The notes under the pieces were generated by a model. It did not search any database. It was not told the origin of the DNA and was given only the letters and a program-made list of their open reading frames with translations. 40,503 bases of DNA from Candidatus Geohabitans tengchongensis. GTDB taxonomy: Bacteria > Sysuimicrobiota > Sysuimicrobiia > Sysuimicrobiales > Humicultoraceae. Below, in pieces: positions 9,538 to 18,450 of the stretch. Position numbers and translations under genes: made by a program. Position 1 is the stretch's first letter; each line of letters starts with the position of its first letter. The stretch lies in assembly GCA_031459625.1 (NCBI GenBank), contig JAVKIH010000021.1, positions 1 to 40,503 on the forward strand, given 5' to 3'.

Positions 9538-9974
9538 CGCAGGAGCTTCATCGCCTCCTCCAGCGTGGCCGCCACCGCTCGGGCCCCGGCCTGCCCGGTG
9601 GCCACGTCGATCCGCCCCGTCACCAGGTCGACGGCGAGCTCGTTGGCGTGGCGGGCGAGCAGCACCGCGCCGGGCTTGTCCCGGGCGTCAGTGAGGAAGC
9701 CGTTGCCCATCCCCTGGCAGGGATGGCCCGCGGCCGCCTTGAAGTTGCGCCCGCCGCTGCCCTCCAGGCAGTTGACGACGTGCTGCAGGTGGGTCTGGAT
9801 CCCCGAGAGCGCCGCCGCCCCCGCGGCCAGCTCCTTGGAGTGCTGGATGGCGGTGCGCAGCTGGGCCTCCGCGCCCCCGCCTGCCGGGGCGCCCCCGGTG
9901 TGGTAATCTGCGGAGGCGGCGGGAACGAGCCACAGGAGGCCTGCGACGGCCACCAGAAGCATCACGATACGCAT
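9534..9974 (-). CDS. Secreted hypothetical protein with His/Cys motifs
   Basis: RBS AAAGGGG before ATG 9974. Sec signal ending AASA. Motifs HLQHVVNCLEG and GHPCQGMGNG. Stop overlaps the next ATG. Confidence 0.75.
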   Translation of the reverse strand: MRIVMLLVAVAGLLWLVPAASADYHTGGAPAGGGAEAQLRTAIQHSKELAAGAAALSGIQTHLQHVVNCLEGSGGRNFKAAAGHPCQGMGNGFLTDARDKPGAVLLARHANELAVDLVTGRIDVATGQAGARAVAATLEEAMKLLR

Positions 9975-10052
9975 CTTGACACCCCTTTCCCGGGCCCCCA
10001 TAGTGCAGTTGGCGCCCGTAGCATTAGCATCCTGCCGCCGCGTCGCGTGTCC

Positions 10053-10079
10053 GTCACGAGGAGGTAACGGCCGCGTAAC
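10053..10079 (-). promoter_or_regulatory. Three 11-bp-period direct repeats (GTTAC-N6-GTTAC-N6-GTGAC), putative OmpR/PhoB-type box
   Basis: Plus strand reads gtcac gaggag gtaac ggccgc gtaac, ~80-105 bp upstream of the operon that encodes the OmpR-family regulator. Confidence 0.6.
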
Positions 10080-10205
10080 ACCCCGCCGGCCTACGCCGCG
10101 GCCTGGGGGAGGGTGCCCGTGATCCGCTCCGCGGCACGTCCCACGATGCCGCTGCAGCCGGAGCCGCGCGCCGGGACCACCGTCTCCGCTGCCCTGCCCA
10201 CGAGC

Positions 10206-11240
10206 ATGCGCGCCCTGGTCAAGGAAGCCCCCGAGCCCGGGCTGGCTCTGCGCACGGTCCCGGTCCCTCCGGTCGGCCCGGGGGAGGTACTGGTACGGGT
10301 GGCGGCCGGGGGAATCTGCGGGACCGACCTGCACATCTACACCTGGGACGCCTGGGCGGCGGGGCGGCTGCGCCCCCCGGTCATCGTCGGGCACGAGTTC
10401 TGCGGCACGGTCGTCGCCACGGGGGAAGGGGTGACGTCCCCGGCCGTGGGCGACTTCATCGCCGGAGAGTCCCACCTGGCCTGCGGCGCCTGCCGGGAGT
10501 GCCGGGGCGGGAGGGAGCACATCTGCGAGCGCCTCCAGGTGCTGGGGGTGGACCGGGACGGGGCTTTCGCCGAGTACGTGGTCCTGCCCGCCCGGAACGC
10601 CTGGCGGCTCGACCCGCAGCGCGTGCCGGTGGAGGTGGCGGCGGTGATGGACCCGCTGGGAAACGCCGTGCATAGCGCGCTGGCGGCGGATCCCGTGGGG
10701 CGCGCCGTGGCGGTAATCGGGTGCGGGCCGATCGGCCTCATGGCCATCGCCGTGTTGCGCCTGGCCGGTGCCGCCCTTGTGGCGGCCTCCGACGTCCGAC
10801 CGGAGCGGCGGGCGCTGGCCCGGCAGCTGGGGGCCGATCTGGTGCTGGACCCGGCGGCCGACGACGTCCCCGCACGGCTGCGCGCCGCCACAGGCGGCCA
10901 CGGCGTCGACATCGTCCTGGAGATGTCGGGACACCCGGCCGGGCTGCGCGACGGCCTGCACGCTCTGCGGCCGGGCGGGTTCGTCGCCCTCCTGGGCCTG
11001 CCCGCCGGCCCCGTGGAAGTCGACCTGGCCAGGGACGTCATCGCCAAGGCGGCACGGCTGCACGGCATCTACGGGCGCCGGATCTGGGAGACGTGGGAGC
11101 AGGCCACCGCCCTGCTGGCCCGCGGCCTGGAGATCCGCCCGGTGGTCACCCACCGCCTGCCGCTGGCGCGCTTCGCCGAGGCCTTCGCCCTCCTGGCCGA
11201 GGGGCGCGCCGGCAAGGTGATCCTGACCGTGGAGGGATAG
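10206..11240 (+). CDS. tdh: L-threonine 3-dehydrogenase (Zn-dependent MDR family)
   Basis: Motifs MRALVK, GICGTDLHIY.WD.W, GHEFCG, Zn-binding CGACREC..C, GCGPIG, LEMSG, HGIYGR, GKVIL. Confidence 0.9.
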   Translation: MRALVKEAPEPGLALRTVPVPPVGPGEVLVRVAAGGICGTDLHIYTWDAWAAGRLRPPVIVGHEFCGTVVATGEGVTSPAVGDFIAGESHLACGACRECRGGREHICERLQVLGVDRDGAFAEYVVLPARNAWRLDPQRVPVEVAAVMDPLGNAVHSALAADPVGRAVAVIGCGPIGLMAIAVLRLAGAALVAASDVRPERRALARQLGADLVLDPAADDVPARLRAATGGHGVDIVLEMSGHPAGLRDGLHALRPGGFVALLGLPAGPVEVDLARDVIAKAARLHGIYGRRIWETWEQATALLARGLEIRPVVTHRLPLARFAEAFALLAEGRAGKVILTVEG

Positions 11241-11243
11241 GGA

Positions 11244-12842
11244 ATGGAGACGCTGGGCGCCCGCCGCAGCGCCTACGGGCTGGAGCGGCACGGCATCCGC
11301 AACGCCAACGTCTACTGGAACCTCACCACCCCGCTGCTCTACGAGGAGGCGATTCGCCGCCGCGAGGGGCGGCTGGCCCAGGGGGGCCCGCTGGTGGTGC
11401 GCACCGGCCACCACACCGGCCGCTCCCCCAACGACCGCTTCATCGTCCGCGAGCCCACCAGCGAGGCGCACATCTGGTGGGGGAAGGTGAACCGGCCGCT
11501 GGAGGTGGCGCACTTCGACAGCCTGCACCGGCGCATGCGGGCCTACCTGGAGGGGCGGGATCTCTTCGTCCAGGACTGCTTCGTCGGGGCCGACGCCGAG
11601 TACCGCCTGCCCATCCGCGTGATCAGCGAGAGCGCCTGGCACGCCCTCTTCGCCCGGACCATGTTCATCCGCCCGCAGCCGGAGGAGCTCCCCGGGCACG
11701 TGCCGGCCTTCACCGTCCTCCACGCCCCGCGCTGCCACGCCGTCCCCGAGGAGGACGGGACGCGCTCGGAGGTCTTCATCGTGATGAACTTCCAGGAGCG
11801 CCTCGTCCTCATCGGCGGGACCGAGTACGCGGGCGAGATCAAGAAGTCCATCTTCAGCGTGCTCAACTACCTGCTGCCGCGCCAGGGGGTCCTCTCCATG
11901 CACTGCTCGGCCAACGAGGGCCCGGCGGGTGACGTGGCCATCTTCTTCGGCCTGTCCGGCACCGGCAAGACCACGCTCTCCGCGGACCCGGAGCGGCGGC
12001 TGATTGGCGACGACGAGCACGGCTGGAGCGAGCGCGGCGTCTTCAACTTCGAAGGCGGCGTCTACGCCAAGGTCATCCACCTCTCCGCCGAGGCGGAGCC
12101 GCAGATCTACGCGGCCACCCACAGCTTCGGGACGATCCTGGAGAACGTCGGGTACGACAGCCTCACCGGGGCCGTGGACCTGGACGACGACTCGCTCACG
12201 GAGAACACCCGCGCCGCCTTCCCGCTCGGGCACATCCCCGGAGCGAAGCTCGACGGGGTGGGCGGCCACCCCCGGACCATCGTCATGCTCACCGCCGACG
12301 CCTTCGGCGTGCTCCCCCCCATCGCCCGGCTCGCCCCGGCCCAGGCGATGTACCACTTCCTCTCGGGGTACACGGCCAAGGTGGCGGGGACGGAGAAGGG
12401 GGTGACCGAGCCGGAGGCCACCTTCAGCACCTGCTTCGGGGCGCCCTTCATGGTGCTCTCGCCCACGGTCTACGCGACCATGCTCGGCGAGCGCATGGTC
12501 CGGCACCGCGCTACCGCCTGGCTGGTGAACACGGGGTGGACCGGCGGCCCCTACGGGCAGGGGCGGCGCATACCCATCGCCTACACGCGGGCGATGGTGC
12601 GGGCAGCCCTCACCGGGGCCCTCGAGGGCGTGGCGTTCCGGACCGACCCGGTCTTCGGGCTGGCGGTGCCGCAGACGTGCCCGGGGGTCCCGCCGGAGGT
12701 ACTCGACCCCCGCAGCACCTGGCCGGACCCGGAGGCCTACGACCACCAGGCGCGGCGCCTGGCGGGGATGTTCCGGGAGAACTTCGCCGCCTTCCGCGAC
12801 CAGGTCCCGGCGGAGGTGGCCGCGGCCGGGCCCGAGCTGTAG
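11244..12842 (+). CDS. pckA: Phosphoenolpyruvate carboxykinase (ATP)
   Basis: Motifs [54 protein letters not shown]. Confidence 0.96.
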   Translation: METLGARRSAYGLERHGIRNANVYWNLTTPLLYEEAIRRREGRLAQGGPLVVRTGHHTGRSPNDRFIVREPTSEAHIWWGKVNRPLEVAHFDSLHRRMRAYLEGRDLFVQDCFVGADAEYRLPIRVISESAWHALFARTMFIRPQPEELPGHVPAFTVLHAPRCHAVPEEDGTRSEVFIVMNFQERLVLIGGTEYAGEIKKSIFSVLNYLLPRQGVLSMHCSANEGPAGDVAIFFGLSGTGKTTLSADPERRLIGDDEHGWSERGVFNFEGGVYAKVIHLSAEAEPQIYAATHSFGTILENVGYDSLTGAVDLDDDSLTENTRAAFPLGHIPGAKLDGVGGHPRTIVMLTADAFGVLPPIARLAPAQAMYHFLSGYTAKVAGTEKGVTEPEATFSTCFGAPFMVLSPTVYATMLGERMVRHRATAWLVNTGWTGGPYGQGRRIPIAYTRAMVRAALTGALEGVAFRTDPVFGLAVPQTCPGVPPEVLDPRSTWPDPEAYDHQARRLAGMFRENFAAFRDQVPAEVAAAGPEL

Positions 12843-13024
12843 CCCTTCGACCCGATCGGGCACGTCCCGGGCCGGTCGGGGCGTACGTGCCCGGGTTCAC
12901 CAGGCAGCCCTTGACCGCGTGCGCCAGGTCCGAGAGCCTCGTGAGGGGGCGACCCCTGCGGCGCCTGAGACCCCCGGGGGGCGTGCGGTGCCCGCGTCGC
13001 ACACCGGCAGGAGGCGATGACACC

Positions 13025-14221
13025 ATGGCCACCCAGGTGACCAATCCGCTGGCCTTCCTCGACGACGAGCTGGAGGCGCTGCGCCGCCAGGGGCTCTTCC
13101 GCTGGCCGCGCGTGCTCAGCGGCCCGCAGGAGCCGGTGGCGACCTACGACGGGCGCCAGGTCATCAACCTCTGCTCCAACAACTACCTGGCCCTGGCCAA
13201 CCACCCCCGCCTGAAGGCGGCGGCGGTGCGGGCCGTGGAGGCGCTGGGGGTGGGGCCCGGCGCGGTGCGCACCATCGCCGGCAACCTGGAGATCCACCGC
13301 CTCCTGGAGGCGGAACTGGCCGCCTTCAAGCACACCGAGGCCACCCTGCTCTACCAGTCGGGCTTCACCGCCAACGCCGGCACGGTGGCGGCCCTGCTGG
13401 GCCGGGAGGACGTCATCGTCAGCGACGAGCTGAACCACGCCAGCATCATCGACGGCGCGCGCCTGAGCGGCGCCACCAAGAAGATCTACCCGCACGGGGA
13501 CGTGGAGGCGGCGCGCCGGCTGCTGGCCGAGTCCCGCGGCGCCCGGCGCGTGCTCCTCATCACCGACGGCGTCTTCAGCATGGACGGGGACATCGCCCCG
13601 CTGCCGGCGCTGGTGGAGGCCGCCGAGGCCCACGGGGCCATCATGATGGTCGACGACGCCCACGCCAGCGGCGTCGTCGGGCGGCAGGGGCGCGGCACGG
13701 TCGACCACTTCGGGCTGCACGGCCGGGTGCACATCCAGGTGGGGACGCTCTCCAAGGCCTTTGGCGGGCTGGGCGGCTACGTCGCGGGGAGCCGGGCGCT
13801 CATCGACTTCCTCGTGCACCGGGCGCGGCCGCTGCTCTTCTCCACGTCGCATCCGCCGGCGGTGGCGGCGGCGGCGCTGGAGGCGGTGCGCTACGTCCAG
13901 GAGCCGGAGGGGGAGGAGCGCATCGCCCGCCTGTGGGAGCACACGCGCCTCTTCAAAGAGGGGCTGCGCCAGCTGGGCTTCGACACCGGGCGCAGCGAGA
14001 CGCCGATCACGCCCATCCTCGTGGGCGAGGAAACCCTGGCGATGCGCCTCTCCGACCGCCTCTTCGAGCTGGGGGTCTTCGCGCTGGGGATCGCCTACCC
14101 CACGGTGCCGCGGGGCAAGGCCCGCGTGCGCACCATCGTGACGGCAGGGCACACGCCCGAGCTGCTGCGCCGCGCGCTGGACGCCTTCGAGCGGGCGGGG
14201 CGGGAGCTCGGGTTGATCTGA
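13025..14221 (+). CDS. kbl: Glycine C-acetyltransferase (2-amino-3-ketobutyrate CoA ligase; class II PLP, BioF-like)
   Basis: Motifs SNNYL, DELNHASIIDG, TDGVFSMDGD, VDDAH, GTLSKA. RBS AGGAGG. Near tdh. Confidence 0.85.
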   Translation: MATQVTNPLAFLDDELEALRRQGLFRWPRVLSGPQEPVATYDGRQVINLCSNNYLALANHPRLKAAAVRAVEALGVGPGAVRTIAGNLEIHRLLEAELAAFKHTEATLLYQSGFTANAGTVAALLGREDVIVSDELNHASIIDGARLSGATKKIYPHGDVEAARRLLAESRGARRVLLITDGVFSMDGDIAPLPALVEAAEAHGAIMMVDDAHASGVVGRQGRGTVDHFGLHGRVHIQVGTLSKAFGGLGGYVAGSRALIDFLVHRARPLLFSTSHPPAVAAAALEAVRYVQEPEGEERIARLWEHTRLFKEGLRQLGFDTGRSETPITPILVGEETLAMRLSDRLFELGVFALGIAYPTVPRGKARVRTIVTAGHTPELLRRALDAFERAGRELGLI

Positions 14222-14229
14222 GCCGCGGC

Positions 14230-15483
14230 ATGCGCGTCTTCACCCGGCTCCTCACGCCCGACGACGCCCGGGCGCGCTACCGGGCGCAGTGGCACCCGAG
14301 GCCCACCCCGGCGGAGACGGTGCCGCTCACCTCGGCCCTGGGGCGCGTCCTGGCCGACGACGTAACCGCTGCCGAGGACCTCCCGCCGTTCGACCGGTCG
14401 ACCGTGGACGGCTACGCGCTGCGCACGGACACCGTCGCCGCGGCAGCGCCGCTCCCGGCGGGCGACGCAGCCTCTGGTGGAGGCGTCCGGCTGCGCCTCG
14501 TCGGCGCGGTGCGCATGGGCGAGGCGGCGGCTGTCCCGGTGGGCGTGGGTGAGGCCGTCCAGGTCCCCACCGGGGGGATGCTCCCGCCGGGGGCCGACGC
14601 GGTGGTGATGCAGGAGGAGGTGGTGCGCGAGGGCGACCTCCTGGTGCTCTCGCGCCTCCCCGCCCCCGGGGAGAACGTCCTGCGCCGCGGCGCCGACGTG
14701 CGCGCGGGCCAGGTGGTGCTCCCCGCCGGCCGTCGCCTCCGTCCCGCCGACCTGGGCATCCTGGCCGGTCTTGGAATCACCCGGGTGGCGGTACGCCGGC
14801 CCCCGCGCGTGGCCATCTTCTCCAGCGGCGACGAGGTGGTGCCGCCCGAGGCGGTGCCGGCTCCAGGGCAGGTGCGCGACATGAACGCCCCGACCCTCGC
14901 CGCGCTCGTGCGCGAGGCCGGCGGCGAGCCCGCAGTCGAGGAGATCCTGCCCGACGACCGCCCGGTGGTCGAGGCCCGCCTGCGCCAGGCCGTGGCCGCC
15001 TGTGACCTGGTGCTGGTCTCGGGGGGGAGCTCGGTGGGTGAGCGAGACGTGGTCGTGGACGCCATCGCGGCGCTGGGCCCGCCCGGCATCGTGGTGCACG
15101 GGATCGCCATCAAGCCCGGCAAGCCCACGGTGCTGGCCCTGGCCGGCGCCACGCCGGTGGTGGGGCTGCCCGGCAACCCGGTCTCGGCGATGGTGATCTT
15201 CGCCCGTTTCGTCCGGCCGCTGCTGGCCGCGCTGCTCGGGACGGCGGAGGAGCCGGCGCGCTACACCACCGCCCGTCTGGCCCGCACCCTGCGCGCGCCG
15301 GCCGAGCGGGAGGAGCACGTGCGGGTGCGGCTGGAGGTGCGGGGAGGGGAACACTGGGCCGTGCCGCTGCCGGCGGCCTCGGGGGTGCTCACCTCGATGG
15401 TCCGCGCAGACGGCTTCGTCGTCCTGCCCCCTGGCCGGGAGGCGGCGGAGGGGTCGGTTGTGGAGGTGGAGCTCCTTGGCTAA
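14230..15483 (+). CDS. moeA: Molybdopterin molybdotransferase
   Basis: Motifs LGRVLA, PPFDRSTVDGYA, TGGMLPPGADAVVMQE, SGGSSVG, IKPGKP, GLPGNP. Confidence 0.93.
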   Translation: MRVFTRLLTPDDARARYRAQWHPRPTPAETVPLTSALGRVLADDVTAAEDLPPFDRSTVDGYALRTDTVAAAAPLPAGDAASGGGVRLRLVGAVRMGEAAAVPVGVGEAVQVPTGGMLPPGADAVVMQEEVVREGDLLVLSRLPAPGENVLRRGADVRAGQVVLPAGRRLRPADLGILAGLGITRVAVRRPPRVAIFSSGDEVVPPEAVPAPGQVRDMNAPTLAALVREAGGEPAVEEILPDDRPVVEARLRQAVAACDLVLVSGGSSVGERDVVVDAIAALGPPGIVVHGIAIKPGKPTVLALAGATPVVGLPGNPVSAMVIFARFVRPLLAALLGTAEEPARYTTARLARTLRAPAEREEHVRVRLEVRGGEHWAVPLPAASGVLTSMVRADGFVVLPPGREAAEGSVVEVELLG

Positions 15484-15991
15484 GGCGCGGGCGAAGGGCG
15501 GCGCGGCCCCGCGTCTCAGCCACGTCGACGGGACGGGTCGGGCGCGCATGGTGGACGTGGCCGCCAAACCCGAGACCCGGCGCGAGGCGGTGGCGCGCGG
15601 CGAGGTGGTGATGCAGCCCGCCACGCTGCAGCTCATCGCGGCCGGGGGCGTAGCCAAGGGTGACGTCCTGACGCTGGCCGAGACCGCCGGGGTGATGGCG
15701 GCCAAGCGCACCGACGAGTGGATTCCCCTCGCCCACACTCTGCCGCTCACCGAGGTGCGGGTGACCTGCCGCCCCGCGCCGCCGGACCGCGTGGCCATCG
15801 AGGCGGTGGCGCGCACGGTCGGGCGCACCGGCGTGGAGATGGAGGCGCTCGTGGCCGTGGCGGCCGCGGCGTTGACCGTCTACGACATGTGCAAGGCGGC
15901 GGACCGGGGGATGACCATCGACCGCATCCGGCTAGTGCGCAAGCGCGGCGGCCGCAGCGGCGACTACCGGCGACCGGGGGAGGCGGGATAG
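15476..15991 (+). CDS. moaC: Cyclic pyranopterin monophosphate synthase
   Basis: Motifs LSHVD..G.ARMVDV, KGDVL, AAKRT..WIPLAH, TGVEMEAL, YDMCKA. TTG start after GGAGG. Confidence 0.92.
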   Translation: MAKARAKGGAAPRLSHVDGTGRARMVDVAAKPETRREAVARGEVVMQPATLQLIAAGGVAKGDVLTLAETAGVMAAKRTDEWIPLAHTLPLTEVRVTCRPAPPDRVAIEAVARTVGRTGVEMEALVAVAAAALTVYDMCKAADRGMTIDRIRLVRKRGGRSGDYRRPGEAG

Positions 15992-15994
15992 GCC

Positions 15995-16507
15995 GTGGCC
16001 GGCCTGGCCGGGCGGCGCGTCGCCGTCCTCACCGTGAGCGACACAGTGGCCGCCGGGCGCGGGCCGGATACCAGCGGCGACCGCATCATGGCGTGGGCCA
16101 CGCACCACGGCGCCGAGGTAGTGGCGCGCGAGGCGGTGGCGGACGACCGGGCGGCGGTGGCCGCGCGCCTGCGCCACCTGGCCGACGAGGTGGGCGCCGC
16201 CCTCGTGCTGACGACCGGGGGGAGCGGCGTGGCGCCGCGCGACGTCACCCCGGAGGCGACGCTCGACGTCGTCGAGCGCCTGGTCCCCGGACTGCCCGAG
16301 TGGGCCCGCGCCCGCACCGCCGCCGCGACCCCGCTGGCCGTCCTCTCCCGCGGCGTGGCTGGCGTGCGGGGGCGCACCCTCATCGTGAACCTCCCGGGGA
16401 GCCCGCGCGGCGTGGAGGAGTGGCTCGCGGTCCTGGAAGGAGTCCTGCCCCACGCCCTCGACCTGCTGGCCGGGGAGGGCCCGCCGTGGGGCCGCCCCCA
16501 CGCCTGA
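15995..16507 (+). CDS. MogA/MoaB-family molybdopterin adenylyltransferase
   Basis: Motifs VLTVSD, DTSG, TTGGSG..PRDVTPEAT, LSRGVAG, VNLPGSP. Confidence 0.9.
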   Translation: MAGLAGRRVAVLTVSDTVAAGRGPDTSGDRIMAWATHHGAEVVAREAVADDRAAVAARLRHLADEVGAALVLTTGGSGVAPRDVTPEATLDVVERLVPGLPEWARARTAAATPLAVLSRGVAGVRGRTLIVNLPGSPRGVEEWLAVLEGVLPHALDLLAGEGPPWGRPHA

Positions 16508-16591
16508 ACCCAGGCCGCGCGCGACAGGTGCGCCGTGGCGGCGTGATCGGCGGGTATAGACGCCTTCCCGCACGGGCAAGAAGGCAACAGG

Positions 16592-17905
16592 ATGCTCCGC
16601 CTCTGGGCCCGGCTGACGCTGCTCCAGCGCTTCACCCTGGCCAGCGCCCTCATCGCCGTGGCGCTGGCCGTGGGACTCTCCGTCGCCACCACCCGGCTGG
16701 TGACCGCGATCCTGGTCGACCGGGAGGCGCACGTCGCCGCGGAGAGCATCGTGCGCGCCTTCGGGCCGACGCTGACCCCCGAGGACCTGCGCGGGCCGCT
16801 GGCAGCTGACCGCCAGGCCGTCCTCGACGCTCTCTTCCGCACCAGCACCCACTCCCCTGACCTGCTGCGCGTGCGCCTGTGGCGGGCCGACGGGCTGCTC
16901 CTCTACAGCAACGCCGACGAGCCGGTCGGCGTGGCGCCGGTGGCCGCGGACTTGCGCACACCCGAGGGCTTCCGCCGCTTCGTCCGCGACCGGCAGCGCC
17001 TGGAGCGCCTCTCCCCGGACGCGGCACTGGTCTTCGTGCCCGTGCAGGCGCGGGCGGCCTCGCCGCCGCTGGGAGCCTACGAGATCTCCTACGACCTGAC
17101 GCCGCTGTACGAGCGGTTTGCCGTGCTCCGCCGCATCATCTGGAACGCCGTAACCGGCGGTCTGCTGCTCCTCTACCTCTCCGTCTTCGTGCTGGTGCGG
17201 CGCGCCTCGCGCCAGCTGCTGCAGCAGCAGGCCGACCTGATCGCCGCCCACCTGGGGACCTACCAGGCACTGGCCAGTGCCATCGACGCGCGCGACGCCT
17301 ACACCGGCGATCATTCCAGCCGCGTGGCTCGCCTGGCTGAGGCCCTGGCGCGGGCCATGGAGCTGGATCCTGGCACGGTTGAGGAGATCGTCATGGCCGC
17401 GCGCCTGCACGACGTGGGGAAGATCGCCGTGCCCGACGCCGTCCTGGGCAAGCCCGGACGCCTCACGCCCGAGGAGCACCGGTTGATCCGCCGCCACGCC
17501 GAGGCCGGCTACCAGATCCTCCAGTCGGCGCCGCTGCCGGAAGGGGTGAAGCGGGCGGTGCTGCACAGCCACGAGCGGTGGGACGGCCGCGGCTACCCGC
17601 GCGGGCTGGCCGGCGAGGCCATCCCGGTGGGCGCGCGCGTGCTGGCGGTGGCCGACGCCTATGAGGCCATGACCCACGACCGCCCCTACCGTCGCGCCCT
17701 CACCCCGGCGGAGGCCCGGGCGCGCATCGCCGCCGGCTCGGGCTCGCAGTTCGACCCGGCGGTGGTGGAGGCCTTCGGGCGGATCATCGACGCCTTCGAC
17801 CGGGAGGCCGCGGAGGCTCGACCGCCGCAGCGCGCGGCAACCCTGCGCGACGCGGTCAGCCTCACGGCGCTCGAGCGCCGCGCCACGCCGGCCCGCGTTC
17901 GTTGA
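16592..17905 (+). CDS. Membrane-bound HD-GYP domain protein (putative cyclic di-nucleotide phosphodiesterase)
   Basis: Two TM helices flank an extracytoplasmic domain. Motifs YTGDHS.RV, LHDVGK, HERWDGRGYP, VADAYEAM, QFDP. Confidence 0.9.
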   Translation: MLRLWARLTLLQRFTLASALIAVALAVGLSVATTRLVTAILVDREAHVAAESIVRAFGPTLTPEDLRGPLAADRQAVLDALFRTSTHSPDLLRVRLWRADGLLLYSNADEPVGVAPVAADLRTPEGFRRFVRDRQRLERLSPDAALVFVPVQARAASPPLGAYEISYDLTPLYERFAVLRRIIWNAVTGGLLLLYLSVFVLVRRASRQLLQQQADLIAAHLGTYQALASAIDARDAYTGDHSSRVARLAEALARAMELDPGTVEEIVMAARLHDVGKIAVPDAVLGKPGRLTPEEHRLIRRHAEAGYQILQSAPLPEGVKRAVLHSHERWDGRGYPRGLAGEAIPVGARVLAVADAYEAMTHDRPYRRALTPAEARARIAAGSGSQFDPAVVEAFGRIIDAFDREAAEARPPQRAATLRDAVSLTALERRATPARVR

Positions 17906-17931
17906 CGCTCCTGCACGTGCACACCTATAAT
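17902..17931 (+). promoter_or_regulatory. Sigma70-type promoter of tRNA-Ala
   Basis: TTGACG-N18-TATAAT ending 13 bp upstream of the tRNA. The -35 overlaps the HD-GYP stop codon. Confidence 0.75.
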
Positions 17932-17944
17932 CGAAGAGGATTCC

Positions 17945-18020
17945 GGGCCGGTGGCGCAGTTGGGAGCGCGCCTCAATGGCATTGAGGAGGTCGGGGGTTC
18001 GAATCCCCTCCGGTCCACCA
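17945..18020 (+). tRNA. tRNA-Ala (anticodon GGC)
   Basis: 76-nt cloverleaf: acceptor GGGCCGG/CCGGTCC with the G3:U70 Ala identity pair, anticodon arm CCTCA-ATGGCAT-TGAGG, T-loop TTCGAAT, encoded CCA. Confidence 0.97.
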
Positions 18021-18450
18021 CACACACCACCCGTCTTTTCCGCTTCCCCGGAAGGGTGTAGCTCCATAGCACATCCAGAACCCGAGTCCGATCGGGACGA
18101 TTGGATTGACCATCGTCAGCGGATGCGCGGTGAACCACAGTGCACCGCTGCCGTTGGGCAGGTGGGCCCACGCGGTGATCACCGCCATCTGACGCGCGGT
18201 GTCCTACCAGCCCCAAACCGACGGTCGACCTCCGCTGCGGGAGCCTCGACCCCGCGACCCGTGGCCTCGGACGGGCGACGGAAGGCTTGCCGCACGGCCC
18301 GGATCCTCCTCCCGCACCCGAAGGCGGCGGTGGGGACTTTACCCCGCTGCGTGGGGAGCTCAGAGGCTAGGGCCACAGGGGGGACTTGGCCTGCCGTCCA
18401 TCTGCTTCCGCGGCCAGTCGTGCAGGTGGCTGCCATCGAAGGGAGGAGCC

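Noticed and set aside
9975..12863. 1109-aa minus-strand ORF (9534-12863) and other long antisense ORFs (e.g. 6456-8453, 15932-18067, 37850-40165)
   Set aside because: These are shadow ORFs opposite well-supported genes in GC-rich DNA. Only the last 146 codons of 9534-12863 look like a real protein.
12900..13020. Glycine riboswitch upstream of kbl
   Set aside because: A GAGAG is present, but the CCGAAG and CTCTCAGG core elements are absent.
18230..18450. Riboswitch or RiPP precursor upstream of the ThiF gene
   Set aside because: No recognisable aptamer consensus and no short ORF with a clear RBS.
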